Part shown: in pieces, positions 1 through 11,130 of the stretch
Position numbering within the stretch: the first letter of the stretch is position 1
How the letters are laid out: the number at the start of each line of letters is the position of its first letter
Assembly (NCBI RefSeq): GCF_009914755.1
Contig: NC_060933.1
Source: the human T2T-CHM13v2.0 reference genome, Homo sapiens
DNA length: 64,000 nucleotides
Direction: 5' to 3' (one strand)
Made by a program: the position numbers and the translations under genes
The notes under the pieces: generated by a model
The model's input: the letters and a program-made list of their open reading frames with translations, nothing else
Told to the model about the DNA's origin: nothing
Databases searched by the model: none

Positions 1-528
1 AGAGCACTGTATCTCATGCCTAAATGAAGCTTAGCCAATGCGTCTCTTCTTCCTAAGGCACATCATGGCCTTGTTGTGATTAAGAACATTAGACGACACT
101 AAGGCATGATGTTTGGGGCTCATTTTAAACAGCAAAATCACCAAGAAACCCACAAAAATGAAAAAAAAAAGCCCTAAAAACTAGCCACAAAAGGGACATT
201 TGTTAATAGTATAAGGGCTAGAACAAAGAGTGTAGGCTGGTTTTTTGGCTTCAGCTGGGTACATGTATGTGGAGTGACTCAAATATTTTGGTGTGTACTT
301 GCTTCAGTGGCACATATACTAAAATTGGAATGATACGGAGAAGATTAGTATGGCCCCTGTGCAAGGATGACACAAATTCGTGAAGCGTTCCTTAATAAAA
401 AAAGAAAAAAAAATTTTGGTTCTCTCCACCTGTGCGCAAATGACCATGAGCATTAGTCTTGGGGTTATAAATAAGTTTTAGTAGATGAATTTGCAAATGT
501 GGAATCCGTGAATAATAAGGATGTACTG
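1..528. mobile_element. MER82-like TcMar-Tigger DNA transposon fossil, split by a U6 retrocopy; runs off the window start
   Basis: Ends GGAATCCGTGAATAATAAGGATGTACTG followed by TA (529-530). Internal CATTTTAAACAGCAAAATCACC and GGGGTTATAAATAAGTTTTAG resemble the MER82 consensus. Confidence 0.7.
295..413 (+). pseudogene. U6 snRNA processed pseudogene (RNU6-P type) with A-tail
   Basis: GTACTTGCTTCAGTGGCACATATACTAAAATTGGAA...GAAGCGTTCC follows U6 over nearly its full length, then an A-rich tail. Flanked by ATTTTGGT direct repeats (285-292, 413-420). ACAGAGA box is changed to ACGGAGA and the AGC triad to AGT. Confidence 0.95.
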
Positions 529-1289
529 TATTTTTTCATCTTTATTTCTTAATTAACAACTGTGATCTGTATTTTAAATGAGCCTTTTTGGGGGAGCTTG
601 ATAGGCATTGAGTGTTTTTCCCAAAGATTTGTCACCTTCTTGTGAGTTGTCTAGTCTGTTCTTTTGGTTTTATAGATTTATTCTAAACTAAAAGTTAATG
701 GTAGTTGCCATTTATAATTTCTTGCAGAGGTTTTTGCAGAGATCATCCATTTAATATTTTTGTGCATTGAAGGTTTTAATTGTACAGTCAACACTGTCAT
801 TCACTTGTGATTTTCATTTTTTCCAAGCTTAGAAAACTTGAAGGATGATGACTTTTTTATTGGAGAGGTTAAAAAAAAAAAGTAGGTAAAAGTGATGGAT
901 GCTTAGGCTGAGGGTGGTGACTGAATATGTGGTACTTGAAATTGAGTTTGAGTGTCCAGGCCTGGTTTCATTATATCTTGGGACACTTAAAAAAGTCTTG
1001 CAGAGGCAATCTGCTTGAAAATGCTGTATAAACCTTAAACCTCTAAATTGTAAAATGTAAGTGCATAATAATTTCTGATTTGTAGACTTCTGTTGACAAT
1101 CTTTCAAGACGGGAGAAGGGTGAAAAAGACGGAAAAGACAAACAGATATTTTTCAGAAATGAAAAACATGTACATTTTCTGACATAGGGAATGAGAGATT
1201 TTTCTAAATGTGACCCAGAAGGCTTTCAGGTGATTTCCTAACAAGATTTGAGTTTTCTCGGATTAAATATGGTTGTGGCTCTCTACCAT

Positions 1290-1552
1290 GTGCCCCAGTC
1301 TTATCTTTGTTATGCCCCTTCACACATACTCTGTTCTTCACATACTCTTCCTTCTGCTGGCTAGTGCTTCCCTGTTTCTGGAACTTTCTTAAGCATTTTT
1401 ACCATGTATTATAGTTATTTGTATTGTAGTTACGTGTCATCCTTCTTCGTCTTAGAAGAGAAGTTTCCATCTGACTCCATGTTTTCTATTGTAGACCCTA
1501 GTTCAGTGCCTTTTAAACAGCAGATATGGAATAATCCTCTAATGGAATAAAT
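1290..1552 (+). mobile_element. L2 3' fragment (degenerate)
   Basis: CCTAGTTCAGTGCC...AATGGAATAAATG resembles an L2 3' end. Confidence 0.45.
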
Positions 1553-1579
1553 GGGGAGAAGAAGGGATAGTTTGTGGTT

Positions 1580-3210
1580 ACCTGGGAAAGCAGTGTGGTT
1601 AAGTCAGCATGGGTTTCTCAAGAACAAGCCTTTCTTGAATTAACCTCATTTCCTGTATAAATCAGATACTTATTGGAGAGAGAATTTGGGTAATGTTGTT
1701 GTTAGAGGATATCAGAATAAAAAAACTACATGTTTCATTAAGTTCTTAGGATTTTTTATGGATAAGTTGGAAAAGCATGGGCTTGATTGTAATAAGATAG
1801 ATGAATGTGTTGCAGGTTGATTAACTGTTGACTTTGTGCAATTCACTGCCTTGCCAGTGCTATTCTAACTTTTCCATCAGGGAACTATTAAGGAAGAGGA
1901 AAGTTTATACTTTATTTTGGAGGGTTTAGAGGGTTGAGGGTACAGGAATTGAAGGTTGGATTGTGGGCAGGATGTAGGGAGACTTTAGAGGCACAGCCAG
2001 GAGCGAAATGTCTTTGAAGACTCATGTTTTCACATAAAGATGCATTCACTTTGTATTTTTAACATGCCCATGTTTGTTTTAAAATACTTTAAATTATCAC
2101 CAGATAAAATGTTTGAGTAGCCCTTTCCCAATGTCATGATATTCTAGTTTGAGAAGAGTGGTCTTTGATCAAGAAAGGTGGATCAAATTTGTGTCTATCC
2201 CATTGTTGGGAGGGAAGCTAACCAACTGGATGTCAGACATCAGGATAGAAAAAAAAAAAGGCTGCAAAAAGTTGAAGGCAATCAACATGAACAAATACAC
2301 AATTAAGCTCTACTGAATGCAGCTTCCTAGAGTCGGGGGAAAGTTGCATGTTTATAGAATGGGAGACCTGGATCAGTAGCAGCTCTTGTTAAAAAGATTG
2401 AAGGTTTCAGCCAACCATTTGATATGGGTGGCCTTCTCTGGCAGCTTTAATGGCACAGTACTCAGAATTAAGGAGATAATCATCCCGTTGTTTTCTGACT
2501 TCGTTAGGCTACCTCCGAGGGCTTGTTTTCAAACAAGTTCTACATTTTAAGAGGGTAAGCCAGGGAAATAAATGGACTAGAAACTATGCCCTACCAGGAA
2601 TAGTTGAAAGGCTATCGGGGTGGAAAGGAGAGCAAAGTTAATTCTCAACTTCAGGGGGGCAGGATTGGAATTTATGGGTAGACATAAGAAGGATATGTTT
2701 TTCTATTTCAATCAATTAAGAATTTTTGCTTTGTAAACACACATAAAATGGATATCATATACTATTTAGTAATCACTTTTTTCACTTGATAGAGCATGTA
2801 TATCTTATGTAACTATTTGATATGTTCATATGATTTTTAATGGCTACATAGCATCTCTCTGTATGAGTGCACTCTTATTTATTAAAACCATCCCTGACAG
2901 TTACTTTGGTCATTTCCAATTTCTTAGTATAAACAACAACTCTACAATGAAGATATCTCAAATACACTCATCACTGTGCATTTGTTGAGTTGTTTCCTTA
3001 GGACAAATTCTTAGCAGCAGGACAGCTGAGTCAGCATTGGTACTATTTACTTATGGCTTTTGAATACTTATTGCCAAACTGCTTCTTACCAGTAATAGGA
3101 ACCGCATGTGTTAAAGAAGTCAGATTACCCCAAATTAGAGATGTTGTCATAGGATTTTGGCAGTGGGTTGAATGTTGGACAGTGATCTAAGGCTCCTTAA
3201 AAAATGCATG
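1580..3210 (+). mobile_element. Fragmented L3/CR1 LINE (RT region to 3' end), interrupted by other repeats
   Basis: CAGCATGGGTTTCTCAAGAACAAGC (QHGF.KNK) and AAGTTGGAAAAGCATGGGCTTG match CR1 RT motifs. 2200-2700 resembles CR1 C-terminal sequence, with a CR1/MIR3-like tail near 3170-3210. Confidence 0.6.
2730..3090 (-). mobile_element. Old L1 (L1ME-type) 3' fragment
   Basis: TTTTTAATGGCTACATAGCAT...TTTCCTTAGGACAAATTCTTAG...TTGCCAAACTGC is typical antisense L1M 3' sequence. Confidence 0.6.
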
Positions 3211-3511
3211 AAAGTTTTAGTGTAGGACCAGATGACTGTTTCATCTAGAACTTTCACATTTCAGTCTTACTATGTAAGTCACACTGTTAAAGAAAACTGT
3301 CAAGAGTCTGTAACAGAGAAAATACTGCAGACGTTTTCTGTATTCAGAAAGCACTGTAGAAATTGACCAAGGAAGAGAGGCTCATGGCAGGCAACAACGC
3401 AATGCTGTTAGGTTGCATGTATGATAGAAATAGTAAAGGAATCTTTCAGCAGATTAACCATTTTATAACTTAGGTAAGTTGGGGTTTTCCAAGTAAGTAA
3501 ATTGCATTTTC

Positions 3512-3820
<309 letters not shown>

Positions 3821-3984
3821 CAAGTAAATTGCATTTTCTACACCCTGCCAGAGCTGGGTAACAACTGCTTCTGGGGAAGATGGGAACGGACAAAAAGCTG
3901 CTCTAGATCATGTTCCCAGTAAAGAGCTCAAAGTGATTTTGCACGTGTTTTATCCTCATGACCTAAAGCTCAGCTGCAGTGAGA

Positions 3985-4185
3985 TGGTGTAGTGCACTGA
4001 GATTATCAGCAAAGGGGATTCCAGCTTCACTGCTTGAGTAAGCCACTGGGCCTCTCTGAGCTGTAGTTTCTTAACCTGCATAGGAGATGAATTACCAATA
4101 CAAGTCAGAGAGTTACAGTGAGGATTTCCTGAGATGATATATTGGATAGTACTTTCTAACCTGTAAAATGCTTTACAAATATTAG
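3985..4185 (+). mobile_element. MIR
   Basis: MIR core CCTCTCTGAGCTGTAGTTTCTTAACCTG...GTGAGGATTTCCTGAGATGATA. Confidence 0.7.
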
Positions 4186-5514
4186 TTGTCAAGTTAGACA
4201 ACCGATGCTAGTGGAGATTTCCAATTTAAAGCTTTCTAATGGATGAAAGAGCTAGTGAACTTCATCACGGCAGAAGTTGGGTCTGATTTTGCTTGATTTT
4301 GCCTTGATGTTTGGCTCATAGTTGCAATTCACTAAATATTTGTTGAATGAAAAAAATGAAATTAGCATTTCATTGTTTTATTAACACATTAGAGAGGCAC
4401 CCATGAAAATGTGTGCTTCTCATCTTTGTGGAGTAAGTACTGCTATTCATTCTTACAAGCAGGGAAGCAGATCCATCAATTCTCAAATCACTCTCACAGC
4501 CAGATTCTGCATTTTTCAGGTGATTTCTAATTACATGAAAGAGATTAGATCAAGTACTCTTTTTTGGTTATTTAAGAGGAAAGATGGAACCAAGCCTGTG
4601 TTCTGTAGCTCTATTGTGTAAAATCACTTCGAGCAAATGAATGAAATATTTTGTCAGACTTTTTTTTTTTTTTTACTTACTGACCCTTAATAGAAAATAA
4701 TTTTATGTGTAGCCCTCCCCAGAGTCTCTGTTGCCAGGAAGCTAATGTTGCTATCCCTAATACGGCAACTTTGTCTATTTTTCTGTTCTTTGTGCATTGT
4801 GTTTGGTCTTAAACTGTGAATATTCCATTAACTGAGAACTCTGAACAGCCATTGTGTAACTGGAGTGATAGTCTGTGTCAGTTCAATGCATTGTACTTGA
4901 GAATAAACATGCTGTTTTATTTGTGGTGGGACTTCTCTCATTGCCACTAGTAATATGTTGTTAACTGAAAATATAAGGCTATTAATAAGCCTCATAAGTA
5001 CTTTGCATTGTTGAAACAATCCTTCAGTGTAGGATCACATGATTTTGTAGATATGTATGTGTGTGTCTATATTTTCAAATAGGCAGTAGACCCATTCGTT
5101 TCTTATCCTTGGGTGTGAGGTCAGAAGTGTCAGTGAAATTGAGTCCAGAATTGTAGTTATGCGTGCTTTCCTAGGGAGAGGTTTCTCTTCTTTTTAATCA
5201 GAATCTCAAAATTGCTCTATGGTTCAGAAATGTTTAGGGACCACTGACGCAGCAAATTCAGTTCAGCCCGGATAGTTTATTTGATCTGTGGTGACTGTGT
5301 CACTAGAAAGTGATATAAAATACCTAGACTAGCACAGGGCACACATAGGTTCTACACAAATATTTGTTGGAAACCCAATAAAAATCACTGGTGCTTTTTT
5401 TCTTTCTTCCCTGTAACACATTATGGCCTGTGAACCTCTAGAAGACAGGATCTTTGTCTTACTTAGTCTTTGGCAGCTGTGTTAACTTCTCGCGTCTGTC
5501 TCCTAGTGTCATAG

Positions 5515-5830
<316 letters not shown>

Positions 5831-6866
5831 AGAATGCACTTTCTGTAGCAAAGTAGAAGTTGTAAAACTTTTTCTCACCAGACACCCTTATACATACAAA
5901 ACAATCTGAACATGTGTCCTCAACGTAGACACCTAGTTATAAATTATATACGTGTACATATCTCTATTGAGGATATATGTTCAGATTGTTTTATGCTAAT
6001 ATGAAACATACATAGTTGCAATGTTGAGAGATGAAAAGTAATGTTTTAGCATGTATTGATAACCATGATGGCTTTATATTAATATTAAAAGCTATACCTA
6101 TTTCTGCCCATGCCTACTTTTGGTGTTCTCATAATCTGAGCATGCGCTCAGCTCTGGCTCTTTGCAGCCGCTCTTCCACCTCCTAACACTCTTTCAGGAG
6201 ATGCCCTTACTGTTAACTGCTTATTCTCTGTGCTTCTTAATTCATATTCTTGAGAGTCAGCATCTAATTGACTCAGTTCACCTTATCATTCCAGGTCAAC
6301 TCATGTGAGTCTCATTGACATACAGTGTTGTTTTTGGCTTCTCTTGGGAAGCCCACTCTGGTCCACACAGGTGACTGCATGAAGTGGGAAATGAAGACAC
6401 TTGGCACAGACATGGCTGTTCAGGTAACAAAGAGTGTGTGCAGGGCGGCTTCACTGAGAAGGAGCCTGGTGAGGCTGGAATGGTGACTGCTTTCACCATT
6501 AGACAAATGTCAGTGGGTAGAGAAGAGAGACCAAAGTGTGACTTTAGAAACAGAAAAATCCCCTTTTCTTCCTTTGCAAATCCATACCTATATATTTTGA
6601 AGACCACTAGGCATGTCAGGTAAACTTTCAGCAATTTAAATTAATCAGAGAGCTGGAGAACATCTATTCCTGTTAAGATCTTTCCCACCCATTCAACTCC
6701 CTGACTAGTTACTGCTAAAGAGAAAAATGGTAGCAGCTTCATCTTTAAGACTTAAGCCATAGTTCTTGCAATGGGAAAGTCAACCCTAAAGAATGGTTTC
6801 ATGTTTGCTCCCATTCTACCTTGTGCAGACAGTAGTTTAAGGATGTCTTCTGCAGAGCATAACTTG

Positions 6867-9031
6867 TGTAGTCACCCAAAAGGGTCTTCCAGTTCACTGA
6901 GACCATGGTATTGCAGTAAAGAAAGAGTTTAATTGACGAAGAGGTGGCTAGCCGCATGGGAGATGGAGTTATCACTCAAATTAATCTCCCTGAAGTTTTG
7001 GGGGTTGAGGTTTTTCAAGGATAGTTCGGTGGACAGGGGACTATAGAATGGATGTTGCTGATTGGCTGGGGATGCCATCATAGGAGTGTGGAAAACAGCC
7101 CTCATTTGCTGAGTCTGCCTCTGGGTTAGGGGCCATAGGACCAGTTGAGTCATGAGTCGCAGGTCCAGGTGGAGTCAGCCAGTCGTCAAAAATGCAGCAG
7201 TCTGAAAAGACATCTCAAAAGGCCAATCTTAGGTTCCGCAAGAGTGATGCTATTTACCACAGTAATTGGGGAAGTTACAAATCTTGTGACTTCCAGAACA
7301 ATGGCTGGTTATCATTTATACCTACGCTTTTAACAAAACTTTTATTTTAGGTTCAGGGGTGCATGTGCAGGTTTGTTAATATGGGTAAACTCGTGTCATG
7401 GGGGTTTGTTGTACAGATTGTTTCATCACCCAGGTGTTAAGTTAATAATACATAGTTATTTTTCTTCACCCTCTGCTTCCTCCCCAACCTCCACCCTCCA
7501 TTAGGCTGCAGTGTCTGTTGTTGTCCTCTATGTGCCCATGTGTTCTCATCATTTAGCTCCCATTTATAAGTGACAACGTGTAGTATTTGGTTTTCTGTTC
7601 CTGCGTTAGTTTGCTGTGGGTGATGGCTTCCAGCTATCCATGCAAAGGACATGATCTTATTCTTTTTTATGGCTGCATAGTATTTCATGGTGTATATGTT
7701 CCACATTTTCTTTATCCACTGTACCACTGATGGGCGTTTAGGTTGATTCCATGTCTTTGCTATTGTGAATAGTGCTGCAGTGAGCATATGTGTGCATGCA
7801 TCTTTATGATAGAATGATTTATATTTCTTTTGGTGTACACCCAGTAATGGGATTTCTGGGTGGAATGGGAGTTATATTTTTAGAACTTTGAAGACTCATC
7901 ACATTGTCTTCCACAGTGGTTGAACTAATTTATACTTCCACCAATACTGTGTAAATGTTCCTTTTTCTCTGCAACCTCGCCAGCACCTGTTATGTTTTGA
8001 TTTCTTGATAATAGCCATTCTGACAGGTGCGAGATGGTATCTCCTTGTGGTTGTTATTTGCGTTTCTCTAATGATCGGTAATGTTGAGCTTTTTTTCCAC
8101 ATACTTGTTGGCCGCATGTGTGTCTTCTTTTGAAAGGTGTCTGTTCATGCCTTTGCCTACTTTTTAATGGAGTTGTTTTTTTCTTATAAATTTAAGTTCC
8201 GTGTAGGTGCTGGATATTAGACTTTTGTCAGATGGATAGTTTGCCAAAATTTTCTCCCATTCTGTAGGTTGTCTGTTTACTTTGTTGATAGTTTCTTTTG
8301 CTGTGCAGAAGCCTTTTAGTTTAATTAGATCCCATTTGTCAATTTTTGCTTTTGTTGGAATTCCTTTTGACATTCTCGTCACGAAATCTTTGCCCATTCC
8401 TATGTCCGGAATGGTATTGCTTAGGTTATCATCCAGGTTTTTGAGTATTACATTTAAGTTTTTAATCCTTCTTGAGTTGATTTTTGTATATGATGTAAGG
8501 AAGGGGTCCAGTTTCAATTTTCTGCACATGGCTAGCCAGTTATCACAGCACCATTTATTCAACAGGGAGTCCTTTCCCCATTGCTTGTTTTTGTCAGGTT
8601 TGTCAAAGATCAGATAGTTGTAGGTATGCGGCCTTATTTCTGGGTTCTCTCGTCTGTTCCCTTGGTCTGTGTGTCTGGTTTTGTACCAGTGCCATGCTGT
8701 TTTGGTTATTGTAGCCCAGTAGTGTAGTTTGAAGTTGGGTAGTGTAATGCCTCCAGCTTTGTTCTTTTTGCTTAGGATTGCCTTCTATGCCTACATCTTA
8801 GCAGAATTCAGGCCCTTCTCATAACCCTAACCTTGTGGTGTTTCATTAGCTTTACAAAGTTGATTTAGTTTTGGAAAGTGCTATTCTCATTCTTGCTTTA
8901 AAGTTAAACTATAAACTAAATTTTCCCCGAAGTTAGCTTTGCCCATGCCCAGGAATGACGAAGGACAACTTGGAGGTTAGAAGCAAGGGTCAGATATCTC
9001 TTACTGTCACAGTTTTGCAAAAGCAGTTTCA
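6867..9031 (-). mobile_element. LTR8A-like ERV1 solo LTR, split by an L1PA insertion (halves ~6867-7329 and ~8784-9031)
   Basis: Reverse strand starts TGAAACTGCTTTTGCAAAACTGTGACAGTAAGAGATATCTGAC...CTTCTAACCTCCAAG (LTR8 family). TG...CA ends, 4-bp flanks CTTG/CTTC. Confidence 0.8.
7330..8783 (-). mobile_element. 5'-truncated L1PA (about L1PA10-13): ORF2 C-terminus plus 3' UTR
   Basis: ORF track 8164-8562 ([21 protein letters not shown]...), 7899-8117 and 7437-7787 are frameshifted L1 ORF2 pieces. L1PA 3' UTR at 7340-7600, degenerate TSD TAT(A/G)CCTAC. Confidence 0.92.
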
Positions 9032-9494
9032 CTTCCCTCTTCTAAGTACCTTCTGCATTGATTGGAGCCAGCAAAGAGAACTTTTGCAGCATTTCTTAGT
9101 TTGAATGTGCCATATAAATGAAACATGTTTGGAAATGTGAAACCAAGTCATCCATGAGAATGTTTTCCTCTGAAAGGCAGCACTTCTTGATAAGTCCCTT
9201 CCTCATGGAACTTTGGTGCAGTGTTGGCCCATTTTAAAATTTATTGGTTACCCAGGGAGATGCCCGAGCTTATCAGAATTAGAGTCTCTCATTTGAGTAC
9301 GTTCTTGCAGTATAGAAGTTTGCAGATGTTTTATAACTTTAAGAGGCCCAGTGGTATTGAATTTAGAGTTAATTTTTAAAACTGGCTCCAAAGTCACCAG
9401 CATGGACAAAACTTACAGTCTTCCAAAGAGAGAGTGCCAAAGTTCAACGCTTGGCATTGTTGGTTTTTTTTTTTCTTTGTGCCCATATCAGGTA

Positions 9495-9590
9495 GCTATG
9501 ATTATCTTCATTTTACAGAGAAGAAAACAAAGCTCAAGAGTTAATTTGACTAAATTCACAGATGAGTGAAGTATGAGGTAGAGAGTGATC
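9495..9590 (-). mobile_element. MIR fragment
   Basis: ATTATCTTCATTTTACAGAGAAGAAAACAAAGCTCAAGAG is the antisense MIR core. Confidence 0.6.
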
Positions 9591-9937
9591 CTGTGTGAGA
9601 ATAGTTTACATTTATCTTGATGTGGTTATAACCACTACCTTATCTATAATGCATGTTAAAAATCAACTTCTCAAGATTTTTTACACCAAAGGCAAAAATA
9701 TTCAAATGTTGATATAGTCCCTTCCATTCATTTTTATATTTTTGTTTAAAATCTTCAACATCATACCCAGTTTTCAACCTAACTTTATAAAGTAAGCATT
9801 TCCTTAATCTTCATAAACATGTTTAAGATATGTATCATAATTTAACAAATTATTAAGTTTCTGAAATTTTTACAGTAGTGAGGCAGTGGATGTATTTATG
9901 TGTAAGTCTGTGGGGTTTTTTTCCTGTCTCTCCCATA

Positions 9938-10250
9938 GAGGCAGAGACTTGCTCTGTGACCCAGGCTGGAGTGCAGTGGCATGATCGTCACTCTGTTGCC
10001 CAGGTTGGAGTGCAGTGGTGCAGTCATGGCATGCTTTAACCTCAAACTCCTGGGCTCAAGCTATCATCCCGCCTCAGCCTGCTGAATAGCTAGGACTACA
10101 GGTGTGCATCACCATGCCTGCCTAATTTTCTAAAATTTTTTTGTAGAGACAAAATCTCAATATGTTGCCCAGGCTGATCTCGAACTCCTGGCCTCCCACC
10201 TTAACCTCCCAAAGCACTGGGATTACAGGTGTGAGCCACCATGCCTGGCC
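9938..10250 (-). mobile_element. AluJ with an internal duplication of the right-arm 3' end
   Basis: CTCCTGGGCTCAAGC and ATGTTGCCCAGGCTG AluJ features. CTCTGT..CCCAGG.TGGAGTGCAGTGG occurs twice (9952 and 9991). Confidence 0.88.
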
Positions 10251-10734
10251 AAGGTTGATTTTTTAAAAACATTATTTCCTTAGTATGTGTATGATTAGAA
10301 GCAAAATTACAGGTCAGAAGTCACATTTTAAAAGATCATGACCACTTAAAAAACCCTTAATATGTTTTGCCAAATTTATATCTTTTAAAAATGGGATCGA
10401 TTTCCACACTCATCGGGGTATATTTGAGTATGTAGCTCACTGTAGACAGAGCTCCTGGGGAGGGAGGAATGGCTCTGGTGCTCTTCTACCCACCTGTAGA
10501 GGTTCAGCTGGGGACCAGCTCCACTGTGGGGCATTGGGAGGCTGTTAGTGCAGAGGTATCTTCTCAGTATCTGCCTGACACACTACTGTATCCAGCTGCC
10601 TGACCCAGTCCTGCCCACCTGCCTTCCTTTCTTCCTGCCTCCCCTCTGTTTTATCAACTTTGTCTCAAAAAACATAGCTTCCTATCTCTATATGTTCGTC
10701 TCCTATTTATGGTCCCTCAGTATGTTATAGTGCT

Positions 10735-11130
10735 TGCTAAGGTTTGAATGTCCCATGTGAATCTCATGTTGAAACTTAACCCCCAATGTGGCAATATTGA
10801 GAGGTGGGGCCTTTAAGAGGTGGCTCTGCCCTCATGAATGGATTAATCCATTCATGGATTAATGGATTAATGGGTTATCAGGGGAGTAGGGCTGGTGGCT
10901 TTTAAGAAGAGGAAGGGACCTGAGCTAGCACACTCGGCCGCCTCACCATGTGATTCCCTGTGCTGCCTCCAGACTCTGTCAAGTCCCCACCAGCAAGAAG
11001 GCCCTCACCAGATGCAGCCCTAGACTTTGGACTTCTCAGCCTTTGTACCTGTAAGAAATAAATACCTTTTCTGTATAAATTACCCAGTTTCAGGTATTCT
11101 GTTATAAGCAACAGAAAATTGACTGAGACA
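10735..11130 (+). mobile_element. MST (MSTC/D-like) ERVL-MaLR solo LTR
   Basis: TGCTAAGGTTTGAATGTCCC...AATGGATTAATCCATTCATGGATTAATGG...AATAAA...GTTATAAGCAACAGAAAATTGACTGAGACA. Confidence 0.85.

Noticed and set aside
6136-6151. Short near-palindrome CTGAGCATGCGCTCAG (and TGCTCATGAGCA near 34397)
   Set aside because: This length is expected by chance in 64 kb, and it is only a partial NRF1-like match.
7437-8562. ORFs with real protein similarity (L1 ORF2 C-terminus)
   Set aside because: Frameshifted remnants of a 5'-truncated L1PA, not a functional gene.
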